DNA of 64,000 bases from a virus, in the IMG/VR virus record IMGVR_UViG_3300045988_142085, positions 1 through 64,000 of that record. One strand, written 5' to 3'. The notes under the pieces are model-generated. The model had not been told where the DNA came from. It searched no databases and was given only the letters and a program-made list of their open reading frames with translations. A program made the position numbers and the translations under genes. This document shows, one piece after another, positions 56,062 to 64,000 of the stretch. Numbering within the stretch: position 1 is the stretch's first letter; each line of letters starts with the position of its first letter.

Positions 56062-57123
56062 ACCGCCGAGGACTTTTTCCGCTTCATCGATTAGGATAAC
56101 ACATTGTTTAAGTTCTCTTACTTGATTTAAGGCTCGTTCCATATTGCCTTCAGATGCGCCGACTAGACCTTGCATAATTTTACTTAAGTTAATATTTACT
56201 AATGGTACTTTTAACGTAGCTGCAATAATACTAGCTGCTACAGTTTTAGAACAACCAGGAACACCGAAAGCAATAAAGCCTTTAGGTTTCTTAATGCCGA
56301 GTTGTTTTGCTTCGTCTGTATAGAATTTAGGTAAAGTGGAAACATATTTTTTAAAAGCATGATAGCCACCCATGTCATTCAAAGACATTGTTGGATGAGA
56401 AATTTCTAACATACTTCCGTCGAAGTTTTCAGTTTTAAACTTATGAATATCGGCTACGCTTATATTACCAGATTTTGAACAATATTCTAAACATTGAAGC
56501 ATTTGAATATATGTTAAACCTAATAGTGCTTCGACACATTGTAATTTTTCGTCGCCAGTATGATACTTATTGAGATAAAGCTCGATTTCTTTAGCTGTCA
56601 AAGCATCTAAAGAAATACGATAAGCATAGTCAGCAAGCTCTTCAGGTGGAGCAAATGTTGCGACTACAAATACTGGAGCACCATTGCCTTTAAATGCCAA
56701 TACATCTAATAAAATTTTAGAATACATTGGATTTTTAAGGGCCATAGGTTCTACAAATAGATGAGGCGTATCTTTTTTATCTGGATTACCGACTTCTAAA
56801 AGATACTGATCATATTTATTTAAATCCGGTGTTACTTCACTTTTAATATCTTTAAGATAATTGAAGGAACACTGTTTATTATTTGCTACTAATTTTTTAA
56901 GATCGATAGATCCATAAGGATATCGTTGTGTACTAAGATATACTTTCTTAGTTTCAGAATTACCAAATGCAGCATCGAGAGAAAAATCTTCAAGATTTTG
57001 ACCTGCATCACTTAAAGAATTTAAAACGTAAGACATACCGCGTTCTAATTCTTCTGTTTGAATCCAAATTAATGGATTATATCCGCTTTTAAGACCAGAT
57101 TTAGATAACTTATTAAATTCCAT
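56062..57123 (-). CDS. AAA+ ATPase, exon 1 (N-terminal domain, Walker A, Walker B)
   Basis: Walker A GFIAFGVPGCSKTVAAS; Walker B CVILIDEAEK. Confidence 0.75.
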
Positions 57124-57137
57124 ATTTTCCCTTCCTT

Positions 57138-57608
57138 TTAGCCTACGAATTGAACTTGTTCGTCTTCAGGTAATACTGTATTAATTTTTTCAATGAAATT
57201 GATTACATTAGCTGCTGTTTCAGATACATCGACTTTAGCAGCTCGTGTTGTAGAATCTTGAGGCCAAGATTCGATTTCTTTATACATAGCCTTAAAGTCT
57301 TTGTCACATAGCTCCCATACTTTTTCCATAAGATTACGAGCCAAGAATAAATTAATGAAATTTTGATATTCATTCATGTTTTCGAGTGCTACTTTTTTAA
57401 CGATAGCTTGTTTAATTAGTGTTTCAATTTCGTTATCCCAATCGAAATGATGCTCGACTTCGATATTTTCATCGTTGACAACACCAGTAATTTTAAGTAC
57501 AGCATCGTCTTTATCTATGGTTAATACAGAATTTAATTTAAATGCTTTTTCTTGCTGATCGAAATTAAAAGTCTTATTAAAATAAGTGTCTTTAATGATT
57601 ACTTCCAA
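57138..57608 (-). CDS. hypothetical protein
   Basis: 156-aa ORF. Confidence 0.45.
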   Translation of the reverse strand: MEVIIKDTYFNKTFNFDQQEKAFKLNSVLTIDKDDAVLKITGVVNDENIEVEHHFDWDNEIETLIKQAIVKKVALENMNEYQNFINLFLARNLMEKVWELCDKDFKAMYKEIESWPQDSTTRAAKVDVSETAANVINFIEKINTVLPEDEQVQFVG

Positions 57609-58204
57609 AACTCAACGCCTCCATCTTTTTTAATCCCCATATCGGAATATTGATTAATATTATTATATACTTTAATAGTTTTATTATCTAAACTATATTG
57701 ACTTAAGTCGACTACTTTTTGATTATTACTACCGATGAAACTACGCATTACATTCGTATGTGTATCGTCATAAATACGTTGATGTTCATCATATTGTCCA
57801 TCGACTAATACATCGATAGTATTAAATAATTCTTCATATTGCTCTGGATTTTCTTTTAACATATCTTCATATGTATGCCAACTAATCACAAGGATATGAT
57901 AATTATATTTTTTAAGTAGCTTACAAAGTTCGATTAAGCCTTCTAATTGATCTGTAGGTTCGCCGCCAACTATTGTTACGCTCTTAACGCTACACATGTC
58001 TTCTAGGCGATCTACGATAGATTGAATTGATACATGAGAACCTTGTTCTCGCTGCCATAGTTCATAATTAAAACAACCGCGACAAGGATCACCTTCTTCG
58101 GCTTTACGACAGCCAGCGAAGTATAGTTCACTCCTAAGATTATCTTGAACACTTGGGCCTGCAGTCCGAATGTTGATGCGATAATCGTATAAATTAATAT
58201 TCAT
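57599..58204 (-). CDS. radical-SAM-like protein with a 4Fe-4S single-cluster domain (an NrdG/QueE-like activase)
   Basis: YFAGCRKAEEGDPCRGCFN has spaced Cys; TIVGGEP matches the GGEP SAM-binding motif. Distinct from nrdG at 6180..6692. Confidence 0.4.
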   Translation of the reverse strand: MNINLYDYRINIRTAGPSVQDNLRSELYFAGCRKAEEGDPCRGCFNYELWQREQGSHVSIQSIVDRLEDMCSVKSVTIVGGEPTDQLEGLIELCKLLKKYNYHILVISWHTYEDMLKENPEQYEELFNTIDVLVDGQYDEHQRIYDDTHTNVMRSFIGSNNQKVVDLSQYSLDNKTIKVYNNINQYSDMGIKKDGGVEFWK

Positions 58205-58236
58205 ACTAATTCTCCATAAATAAAAAAGCCAGACCC

Positions 58237-58437
58237 TTATCGGATCTGACTTTTCTCAACATCATGCTTACAATTTAGACATCGGAAGATATCTTTATTC
58301 TTAAGTTGTAAGAATTCTTTTTGTCGAGCATTATATCGAAACTCATAAGTTTCGACTTTCTCGAAAGTTCGTCCTCCACAACGAGGACATTTAAAATACA
58401 GTTTATCTTCAGGATCTGTAATTAACATATTATTCAC
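58237..58437 (-). CDS. small zinc-ribbon protein
   Basis: CPRCGG...CLNCKH; 66 aa. Confidence 0.4.
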   Translation of the reverse strand: MNNMLITDPEDKLYFKCPRCGGRTFEKVETYEFRYNARQKEFLQLKNKDIFRCLNCKHDVEKSQIR

Positions 58438-59047
58438 CTAAGAAATCTAAGAATAAACCAGCATATTTTGCCGTTAATACATCGTTTGGATCAATACCTT
58501 TTTCTTGTGTAAATTCAATTAACTTTGTATTAAATTCTTTACCCATTTTATTTTTAAGGGTAACGATTTTCTTCATGTTAACAAAGTTTTTAATCATTTC
58601 GACATCTTCTGGTTTAAGGACGTCGATATCGAGATTAGCAGCACAACCTTTAAGGGCACTACTTACTGCTGATTTATATCCACTTGCATAGTCGAAACGA
58701 CCTTTTTTATCGGATTTACGCGGACAGTTAGAACCAATATCTTCTTTAACGATAGTAATTGGTTCGCCTTTTTTATTATAAGTATTAATAGTCAAACGAC
58801 CTTGAACATAAAAATACTGATCGCTAATATCTTCCTTGCCTTGAACTTTTTCTTTATCGTAAGCCTGATAAACTTCAGTCCAGCTTTTAATAATCTCGAA
58901 TGACCATTCGCCATCAAATAATTGATTAAGCAATACGGTAACATCACCGATACTTAAATATTTGGCACCTTGGTTTAAATATTGATTAGATTTAAAAAAG
59001 TTGGCATTGACATTATCGGTTCTGAAAATATCTTTTAATGTAATCAT
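58430..59047 (-). CDS. hypothetical protein; a single-strand annealing protein is possible
   Basis: 205-aa ORF in the recombination and repair neighbourhood. Confidence 0.35.
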   Translation of the reverse strand: MITLKDIFRTDNVNANFFKSNQYLNQGAKYLSIGDVTVLLNQLFDGEWSFEIIKSWTEVYQAYDKEKVQGKEDISDQYFYVQGRLTINTYNKKGEPITIVKEDIGSNCPRKSDKKGRFDYASGYKSAVSSALKGCAANLDIDVLKPEDVEMIKNFVNMKKIVTLKNKMGKEFNTKLIEFTQEKGIDPNDVLTAKYAGLFLDFLGE

Positions 59048-59113
59048 GACAAAATCCTTTCTGTTAAAATACTAATTTATACATAGTATTATAGCAGAAA
59101 GGATAGATTTTGT

Positions 59114-59914
59114 CTACTTATTTAGAACTTTTAATGCAGAACTTACGGTAATTAACAATTCTTTTTTGAATTGAATTTGTTTTAAAATTCCATCAAGGAA
59201 GTTATAACGACCACGAGTTTCAGCAATTAGCTGGAATAAATCGACAGTATTTTTACCGATTTTATATTTTTGAGCGGCAGTAACGCCAGATGCTTTACGC
59301 TCTGTTTCGTTAGAGCCTTTAGCATTAGTTGCTTTTACGACAGTAAGAACACCGTCTTCTTTATTTGTTAAATTATCTAACGCCGTTTTTGTTTCCATAA
59401 ACTTATCATGGATATAGCTATGTAAGCTATCTAGTTCAGATGATACTAATAACACAACGTTAGGTGGAATATTCGATTTAATTTTAATACCGTCGATACG
59501 AGTTAGGATTTCATTCTTAAGAGCCTCCCAATCAGGATCGGCAATCGGATTAGAGAAGAAATCAATGACGTTATTAAAAGAATCTCCCTTAGTTTTTTGT
59601 TTGTCTGTTTGTTCACAAGATACAGTTTCCTTTTCGACCTCATCGACAACAAGTTCTTCTTTAGCGTCAGAAACAGTTTCGTCGGTTTCAGCAACTGCTT
59701 CAGCCTTCTTTTCTTCTTCTTCGATTATAGGAGCAGCTTCTTTCTCAGGAGTTTCTTCTGCTAATAGATCGAGAGAGTCTTCTTTTGTGTCATCTACTGT
59801 GTCATCAGCTAAAAGATCGATAGGTTCTTCTTTTGTTTCCACAACTTCATTATCGTTTTCATTAACGATAATATCTTCCATATCGGCGAAAATATCAAAA
59901 CCTTTTTCACTCAT
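59114..59914 (-). CDS. hypothetical protein with a highly acidic low-complexity N-terminal half
   Basis: 266-aa ORF rich in Glu, Asp, Thr and Val; an SSB-like acidic tail cannot be excluded. Confidence 0.4.
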   Translation of the reverse strand: MSEKGFDIFADMEDIIVNENDNEVVETKEEPIDLLADDTVDDTKEDSLDLLAEETPEKEAAPIIEEEEKKAEAVAETDETVSDAKEELVVDEVEKETVSCEQTDKQKTKGDSFNNVIDFFSNPIADPDWEALKNEILTRIDGIKIKSNIPPNVVLLVSSELDSLHSYIHDKFMETKTALDNLTNKEDGVLTVVKATNAKGSNETERKASGVTAAQKYKIGKNTVDLFQLIAETRGRYNFLDGILKQIQFKKELLITVSSALKVLNK

Positions 59915-60553
59915 TTACTTTTCCCCTTTTATTAATTCAGGATGATGCTCTTTGATATCATCAATTAAAGCATCGATATCTTTCAATAATTCAGCTTGGA
60001 CAGCGTTTTTATTTTCTCCGTCGAAAGTAGCTAGATAATTCAAGCTATATAACGGGAAGAAATCGTTGCCAAGTAAATTAAATTTTTTACCATGCTCTTC
60101 TAAAATAGAAGGGCCATCTTTAAACATCTTTAATGAAATATTGCCAAAAAGAACAATCATTTTCGGCTTCATGTTATCTATTAAAGCGTTTAGATATTGT
60201 TTAGCGATAGCTTGTTCAGAAGTGTTAGGCGGGCGAACTTTTATTTCTTCGCCGACTTTAACTTCTGGGCAATACGGAATACAATCAATCCAGATACTAG
60301 ATTCTAATTTTAAATTCTTAGATTGAAGATATTTTAGAATATTATAGTATTTGGAATCTTTCCCGAGAACTACAGATTCGCTTGCCATCGGATCTTTAAT
60401 AAAGAGAATGTCACAACCGAATTCTTTATTTAAATTAATAGGAGTAGTTCTACGTTTAATACTCTCAGGAATAGGATATTGATTGTAAGCTTCAAGGAAC
60501 TCGCTATACAGTTCCTTCGCGCTATCTTTTCTATATTGTTTCAGTAGGCTCAT
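59915..60553 (-). CDS. hypothetical protein; weak resemblance to the uracil-DNA glycosylase superfamily
   Basis: 212-aa ORF with CDILFIKDPMASE...G..KYYNIL loosely like a family-4 UDG N-terminus; low confidence. Confidence 0.3.
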   Translation of the reverse strand: MSLLKQYRKDSAKELYSEFLEAYNQYPIPESIKRRTTPINLNKEFGCDILFIKDPMASESVVLGKDSKYYNILKYLQSKNLKLESSIWIDCIPYCPEVKVGEEIKVRPPNTSEQAIAKQYLNALIDNMKPKMIVLFGNISLKMFKDGPSILEEHGKKFNLLGNDFFPLYSLNYLATFDGENKNAVQAELLKDIDALIDDIKEHHPELIKGEK

Positions 60554-61157
60554 TTAACTTTTCCTTTAAAAGAGCAATCTCGGCTCTCAATAAATTATTT
60601 TCAGCTATTGCCTTATCTTTTTCTAATGTAGCAAGCTTAATAAGATGATCGGCTCCTTGAGCCTTTCTCCTGTCTTCGATCATAGTCTTAATCATCGACA
60701 TTATAATCTCTTGATCGACTACGACGAATACATCGTCATCTGTTTCATGAAAACAAAATTTTAAATAATAGAACTCTTTATCTTGAGATTCTCGCTTAAG
60801 CTTATCTAACCATTCTTTATGGATAGTAAATGTTTTCTTTCCGCGAGCTTTATCAGCTACTTTAGTTTTTAATTCTTCACTTATGCTAATAATACCTTTA
60901 ATCTCTTGATCGCCTTTAATCTTACCTGCTCCACTGTTAGGAGTCATACGATTAACAACGTCATGAATTAATGCTTCATTAGCATTGTGATTTTTCATCT
61001 CAAAAACAGAGCCCATCCTATTATCAGGACGGGCTTTGAATTTGACTTGTTTTCTTTTATTCTTTGCGAGTTCATTATCGTGTTTAATGCATTCGGTACA
61101 TTTATTACCGGTAATGCTTAAACATGAATACCAGTCGTCGCCAAATAAACAAGACAT
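60531..61157 (-). CDS. hypothetical protein (N-terminal Cys cluster, C-terminal coiled coil)
   Basis: 208-aa ORF. Confidence 0.4.
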   Translation of the reverse strand: MSCLFGDDWYSCLSITGNKCTECIKHDNELAKNKRKQVKFKARPDNRMGSVFEMKNHNANEALIHDVVNRMTPNSGAGKIKGDQEIKGIISISEELKTKVADKARGKKTFTIHKEWLDKLKRESQDKEFYYLKFCFHETDDDVFVVVDQEIIMSMIKTMIEDRRKAQGADHLIKLATLEKDKAIAENNLLRAEIALLKEKLNEPTETI

Positions 61158-61159
61158 AA

Positions 61160-61757
61160 TTAACTTTCTTCTAGTTCTTCGAGCTTAGCTTCAGAATCAC
61201 GAATTTCTTCGACTTCTTTTTCGCTAAGATCTTCAAATGTACCAGAAACCATATTAAGCAACTTTTTAAACTTATCTGGATTAGCAAGCATATCTTCACG
61301 GAACGCCATTTTACCGTTCCATTTATCTAACACTTCTCCAGTGTTAGGATCAATTTGTTGCATCCATGCACCAGCTTTATGAATGATGCCCATATCGACT
61401 AATTCATCGAGCGTACTTAAAATTTGTTCAATGCCTTGACCAAATATAGCAAAGTAGCTAAATTTACGATACGGGAATTCACCTGGAATAGCGTGATTTT
61501 TAGTAATCTTACAGTTAATTTTAATACCGTCTTCTTTACCGATAGGATCACTATCTAAGATACTACCTTTACGCATTTCGACAATCATTATACTGCCGGT
61601 TCTAATTGCTAGACCACCAGCTAATACAAGATTGTCGCCATACATACTAAAACCACCGATATTCGTAGTCAAATGCTGGATGAGAATCATAGCCGTGTGA
61701 TATTTACTAATTAAAGAAACAAATTTTGCTATAATTCTACTATTCATACGCGCTTGG
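61160..61757 (-). CDS. recA: RecA recombinase, exon 3
   Basis: (L)QARMNSRIIAKFVSLISKYHTAMILIQHLTTNIGGFSMYGDNLVLAGGLAIRTGSIMIVEMRKG (compare E. coli [63 protein letters not shown]). Confidence 0.75.
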
Positions 61758-62121
61758 CTTTTTGCCGTGGACTATATCATTATCCTATTATATATAGGAT
61801 ACCTAGTTTTTGGATTTAATGGGATTTCACCAACCCTAGATTAGGGCCCTACTCCTTTTGCCATATTTATATCTTAGCGTCTGGCCAATGGGATAGTCTC
61901 TGAACTTTATTCCTTTAAGAATATTAGCTGCTGATTATCTATTGTTATGTCACTTAGCACTGTCTCTAGCTTTTATTTCAGCATATGACAAACTAATTAT
62001 TTTTTCTGTCTTTCGACAACATTCACATTTATTATTTCTAATTATGTTGTAGTTAATTAGTTATTAAGAACTTCCAGCAATTTACTAGGTTTTCACATTG
62101 TATTACTACAATATGCCTTCC
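61758..62121 (-). ncRNA. group I intron (ORF-less, about 364 nt), recA intron 2
   Basis: Minus strand carries P AAAUUGCUGGAAG, Q AAUCAGCAGC, R GUUCAGAGACUAUCCC, S AAUGAUAUAGUCCACGG. The 5' exon ends ...CACGUGCU (U) and the intron ends in G. Splicing gives SKHVLQARMNS. Confidence 0.65.
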
Positions 62122-62438
62122 AGCACGTGTTTGGAGGCGACGCTTACGTCTTTAAGACTCTTATTAGCTTCGGATTCAGGAACCAAAGCTTTTAGAGTAT
62201 TAATACAGAACAAGTCTATAGCACCAGTTTGAATTAATGCTTCAGCTTGATCGATACAGTCTTCTGCAGTATGATCTCGATCATATTGAATGAAATAAAA
62301 TCGTTCTGGATCGATACCAAATTGATTGACCATATAATCTAAGCTTAAAGATGCTTCACTTTCAATCCATAAGGCAAAATGTCCTTCTGGATTTTCACGA
62401 TGCATTTTACCGATTGTTTCAAGCACTAAACTAGTTTT
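62122..62438 (-). CDS. recA: RecA, exon 2
   Basis: KTSLVLETIGKMHRENPEGHFALWIESEASLSLDYMVNQFGID...AIDLFCINTLKALVPESE (compare E. coli ...LDPIYARKLGVD...VDVIVVDSVAALTPKAE). Confidence 0.75.
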
Positions 62439-62652
62439 CCTTTATACCCTCGGTTTCCCGATATTTATTAGGGGAGTAGACTATATCATCATCTTAATTA
62501 AGATGTTCTGCGCTTCCGTTACGAATGTAACGTACTCCTTTCGGATAGTCGTTGGGGCGCAATTAAGCTGCCTGCTGATTACCTCGATGGGCTTCCCAGC
62601 ATATCACAGAATTTGCATATAATTATCACTAATTATAGGGGCAAAATTAATT
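62439..62652 (-). ncRNA. group I intron (ORF-less, about 214 nt), recA intron 1, inserted in the Walker A codons
   Basis: Exon 1 ends ...IAGVADSG (GGU) and exon 2 starts KTSLVL, which restores GxxxSGKTS. Minus strand carries P AUAUGCUGGGAAGCC, Q AAUCAGCAGG, R CCCAACGACUAUCCG, S GAUGAUAUAGUCUACUCC. The intron ends ...AAAGG. Confidence 0.65.
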
Positions 62653-62922
62653 ACCCGAGTCTGCAACGCCAGCGATAGTCGTAATTTTCCCAATCGGAAA
62701 ACCACCGCCAGTTGCTGCATTAAAGTTAACAGATGGTGTCGGAATAAATCGAATATTAAGCTGTTCCTGAACTTTAGGATCACTTAATCGACCGACAACC
62801 ATGTTGTTCTTTTTCTTAGCCAAGTTAGCCATTACAAGATCTAATCGCTTACGTCTTTCGACGTCAGTTAAGACTTGAGAATTGCTAGCTTCGACAATTG
62901 GTTCAGCTTTCTTTCTTGCCAC
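62653..62922 (-). CDS. recA: RecA, exon 1
   Basis: MARKKAEPIV...RKRLDLVMANLAKKKNNMVVGRLSD...NFNAATGGGFPIGKITTIAGVADSG (compare E. coli ...[31 protein letters not shown]). Confidence 0.75.
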
Positions 62923-63238
62923 TTGTACTTCCTTTCTTGTCCTTAAATGACTTAATGATATTATCTAAAAGATTGATAGCTTGAACGTAATCTTTATTAA
63001 TTTCGCCAGTAGCTTCTTCATAAAGATTATTTCGTTCTACTAAGTATCTTAATGATACACCAAGTACGGGTACAATTGCAAGGTCTTTTTCTGTTCCTTC
63101 AGCATTAAGAAGTTCTTCGATAACTTCAGAAAAAGCTTGAATAATTTGCTTATTCTTTTCTGTAATATCGCCTTCTAATACTTCTGAGAACATACCGACA
63201 TAAGATGCTAAACTCTGTTTAATTGCGTCGAGTTTCAA
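62903..63238 (-). CDS. hypothetical protein
   Basis: 111-aa ORF. Confidence 0.4.
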   Translation of the reverse strand: MKLDAIKQSLASYVGMFSEVLEGDITEKNKQIIQAFSEVIEELLNAEGTEKDLAIVPVLGVSLRYLVERNNLYEEATGEINKDYVQAINLLDNIIKSFKDKKGSTSGKKES

Positions 63239-63990
63239 TATTTTACACCTTTCACGAGTTCGTATTCTTCATACTCAAGTCCGTTAAATAATGGATGTAT
63301 TTTATACATACCATTATACTTTTTCTTGTATAATTCGAAATCTTTATATTTAAGTAAGGTAATTTTGTAATCGACGCCTAAAATATTATTATTTAAATTT
63401 GACATAACTAATGCAAATTTAAGTTTAGTTTTACCTAATGGTTTAGGAACTTTGCCTAGCTTACGCATAGGACCGTCGTCAATTAATTTAACGTTATTAA
63501 ATTCATCGATTAATAATAGGCTATTAATCGACATATCTTCGTTAAATTTATTAACGACTCTATATATTTCTTCTTTCGGCTCGAGCTTAACAAAATTAGC
63601 CTTACCTGATGATTTTTCTGTAATCCGAAGATGTTCGGTTTTAAATCCGATATCGACAATTAGCATACGATTTTGCGTCGTTAAACAGTAAAAGTAATTA
63701 GTATATATCGGGCAAATACTGCAAATAGCATCGCCTTCTTCCAATTTGATTACTTTCTTTGTTCTTGTGATATCGAACATAACGCCAGGAACACATTTAT
63801 AATAGCCGTGTTTTGTTACGATAAGATAGTTAACATCTCTATCGTAATTCAAATAATTATTGTCTTTTGTATAAAAATAATATACACGATCTTCTATCTT
63901 TAAATATGTTTCTGGATTTTGTGCTACACGAAATACTTCGGCACCAGAAAAACGAATAATAGGTTTATTTAGATTTATCATCTGGTTCAC
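63235..63990 (-). CDS. hypothetical protein
   Basis: 251-aa ORF. Confidence 0.45.
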   Translation of the reverse strand: MNQMINLNKPIIRFSGAEVFRVAQNPETYLKIEDRVYYFYTKDNNYLNYDRDVNYLIVTKHGYYKCVPGVMFDITRTKKVIKLEEGDAICSICPIYTNYFYCLTTQNRMLIVDIGFKTEHLRITEKSSGKANFVKLEPKEEIYRVVNKFNEDMSINSLLLIDEFNNVKLIDDGPMRKLGKVPKPLGKTKLKFALVMSNLNNNILGVDYKITLLKYKDFELYKKKYNGMYKIHPLFNGLEYEEYELVKGVKY

Positions 63991-64000
63991 CTATCAATGT

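Overview
This window is an AT-rich (about 30% GC) segment of a large tailed dsDNA phage. The host is probably a low-GC anaerobe with an outer membrane, judging from the class III ribonucleotide reductase, the YadA-type adhesins and the codon bias. Nearly every gene lies on the minus strand; one metallophosphoesterase gene is on the plus strand.

Recognisable genes include the terminase large subunit, a nucleotide-metabolism block (dUTPase, NrdG, NrdD, a thymidylate-kinase-like dNMP kinase), a cluster of three tRNAs plus one tRNA-like element, a tail-associated lysin with SLT and M23 domains, two SNF2-family helicases, a DnaG-type primase, a DnaE-like polymerase core without a PHP domain, a trifunctional Pnkp RNA-repair enzyme (kinase, phosphatase, ligase), two YadA-like trimeric autotransporter adhesins, HU, UvrD, an AAA+ ATPase and RecA.

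The most striking feature is the density of self-splicing and selfish elements:
- An intein sits in the terminase P-loop.
- Seven introns with a phage-type group IA core (conserved P/Q/R/S elements) interrupt nrdD (two), a tRNA-Met (this one carries an HNH homing endonuclease), an SNF2 helicase, and recA (two). The seventh is fused to a tnpB gene as an IStron-like chimera.
- Two more homologous introns of a second family interrupt uvrD and the AAA+ ATPase gene; the latter carries a zinc-finger-repeat HNH endonuclease. In both, splicing would rebuild Walker motifs.

Between two gene blocks lies a 1.8-kb ORF-free region. It holds iteron-like repeats, two copies of a ~100-nt double-hairpin element supported by compensatory substitutions, and a ~900-nt GC-elevated stretch with no ORFs. 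This stretch is a candidate large structured ncRNA and/or replication origin. All exon and intron boundaries are inferred by eye from protein-motif reconstitution and group I splice-site rules, and are approximate to within a few nucleotides.
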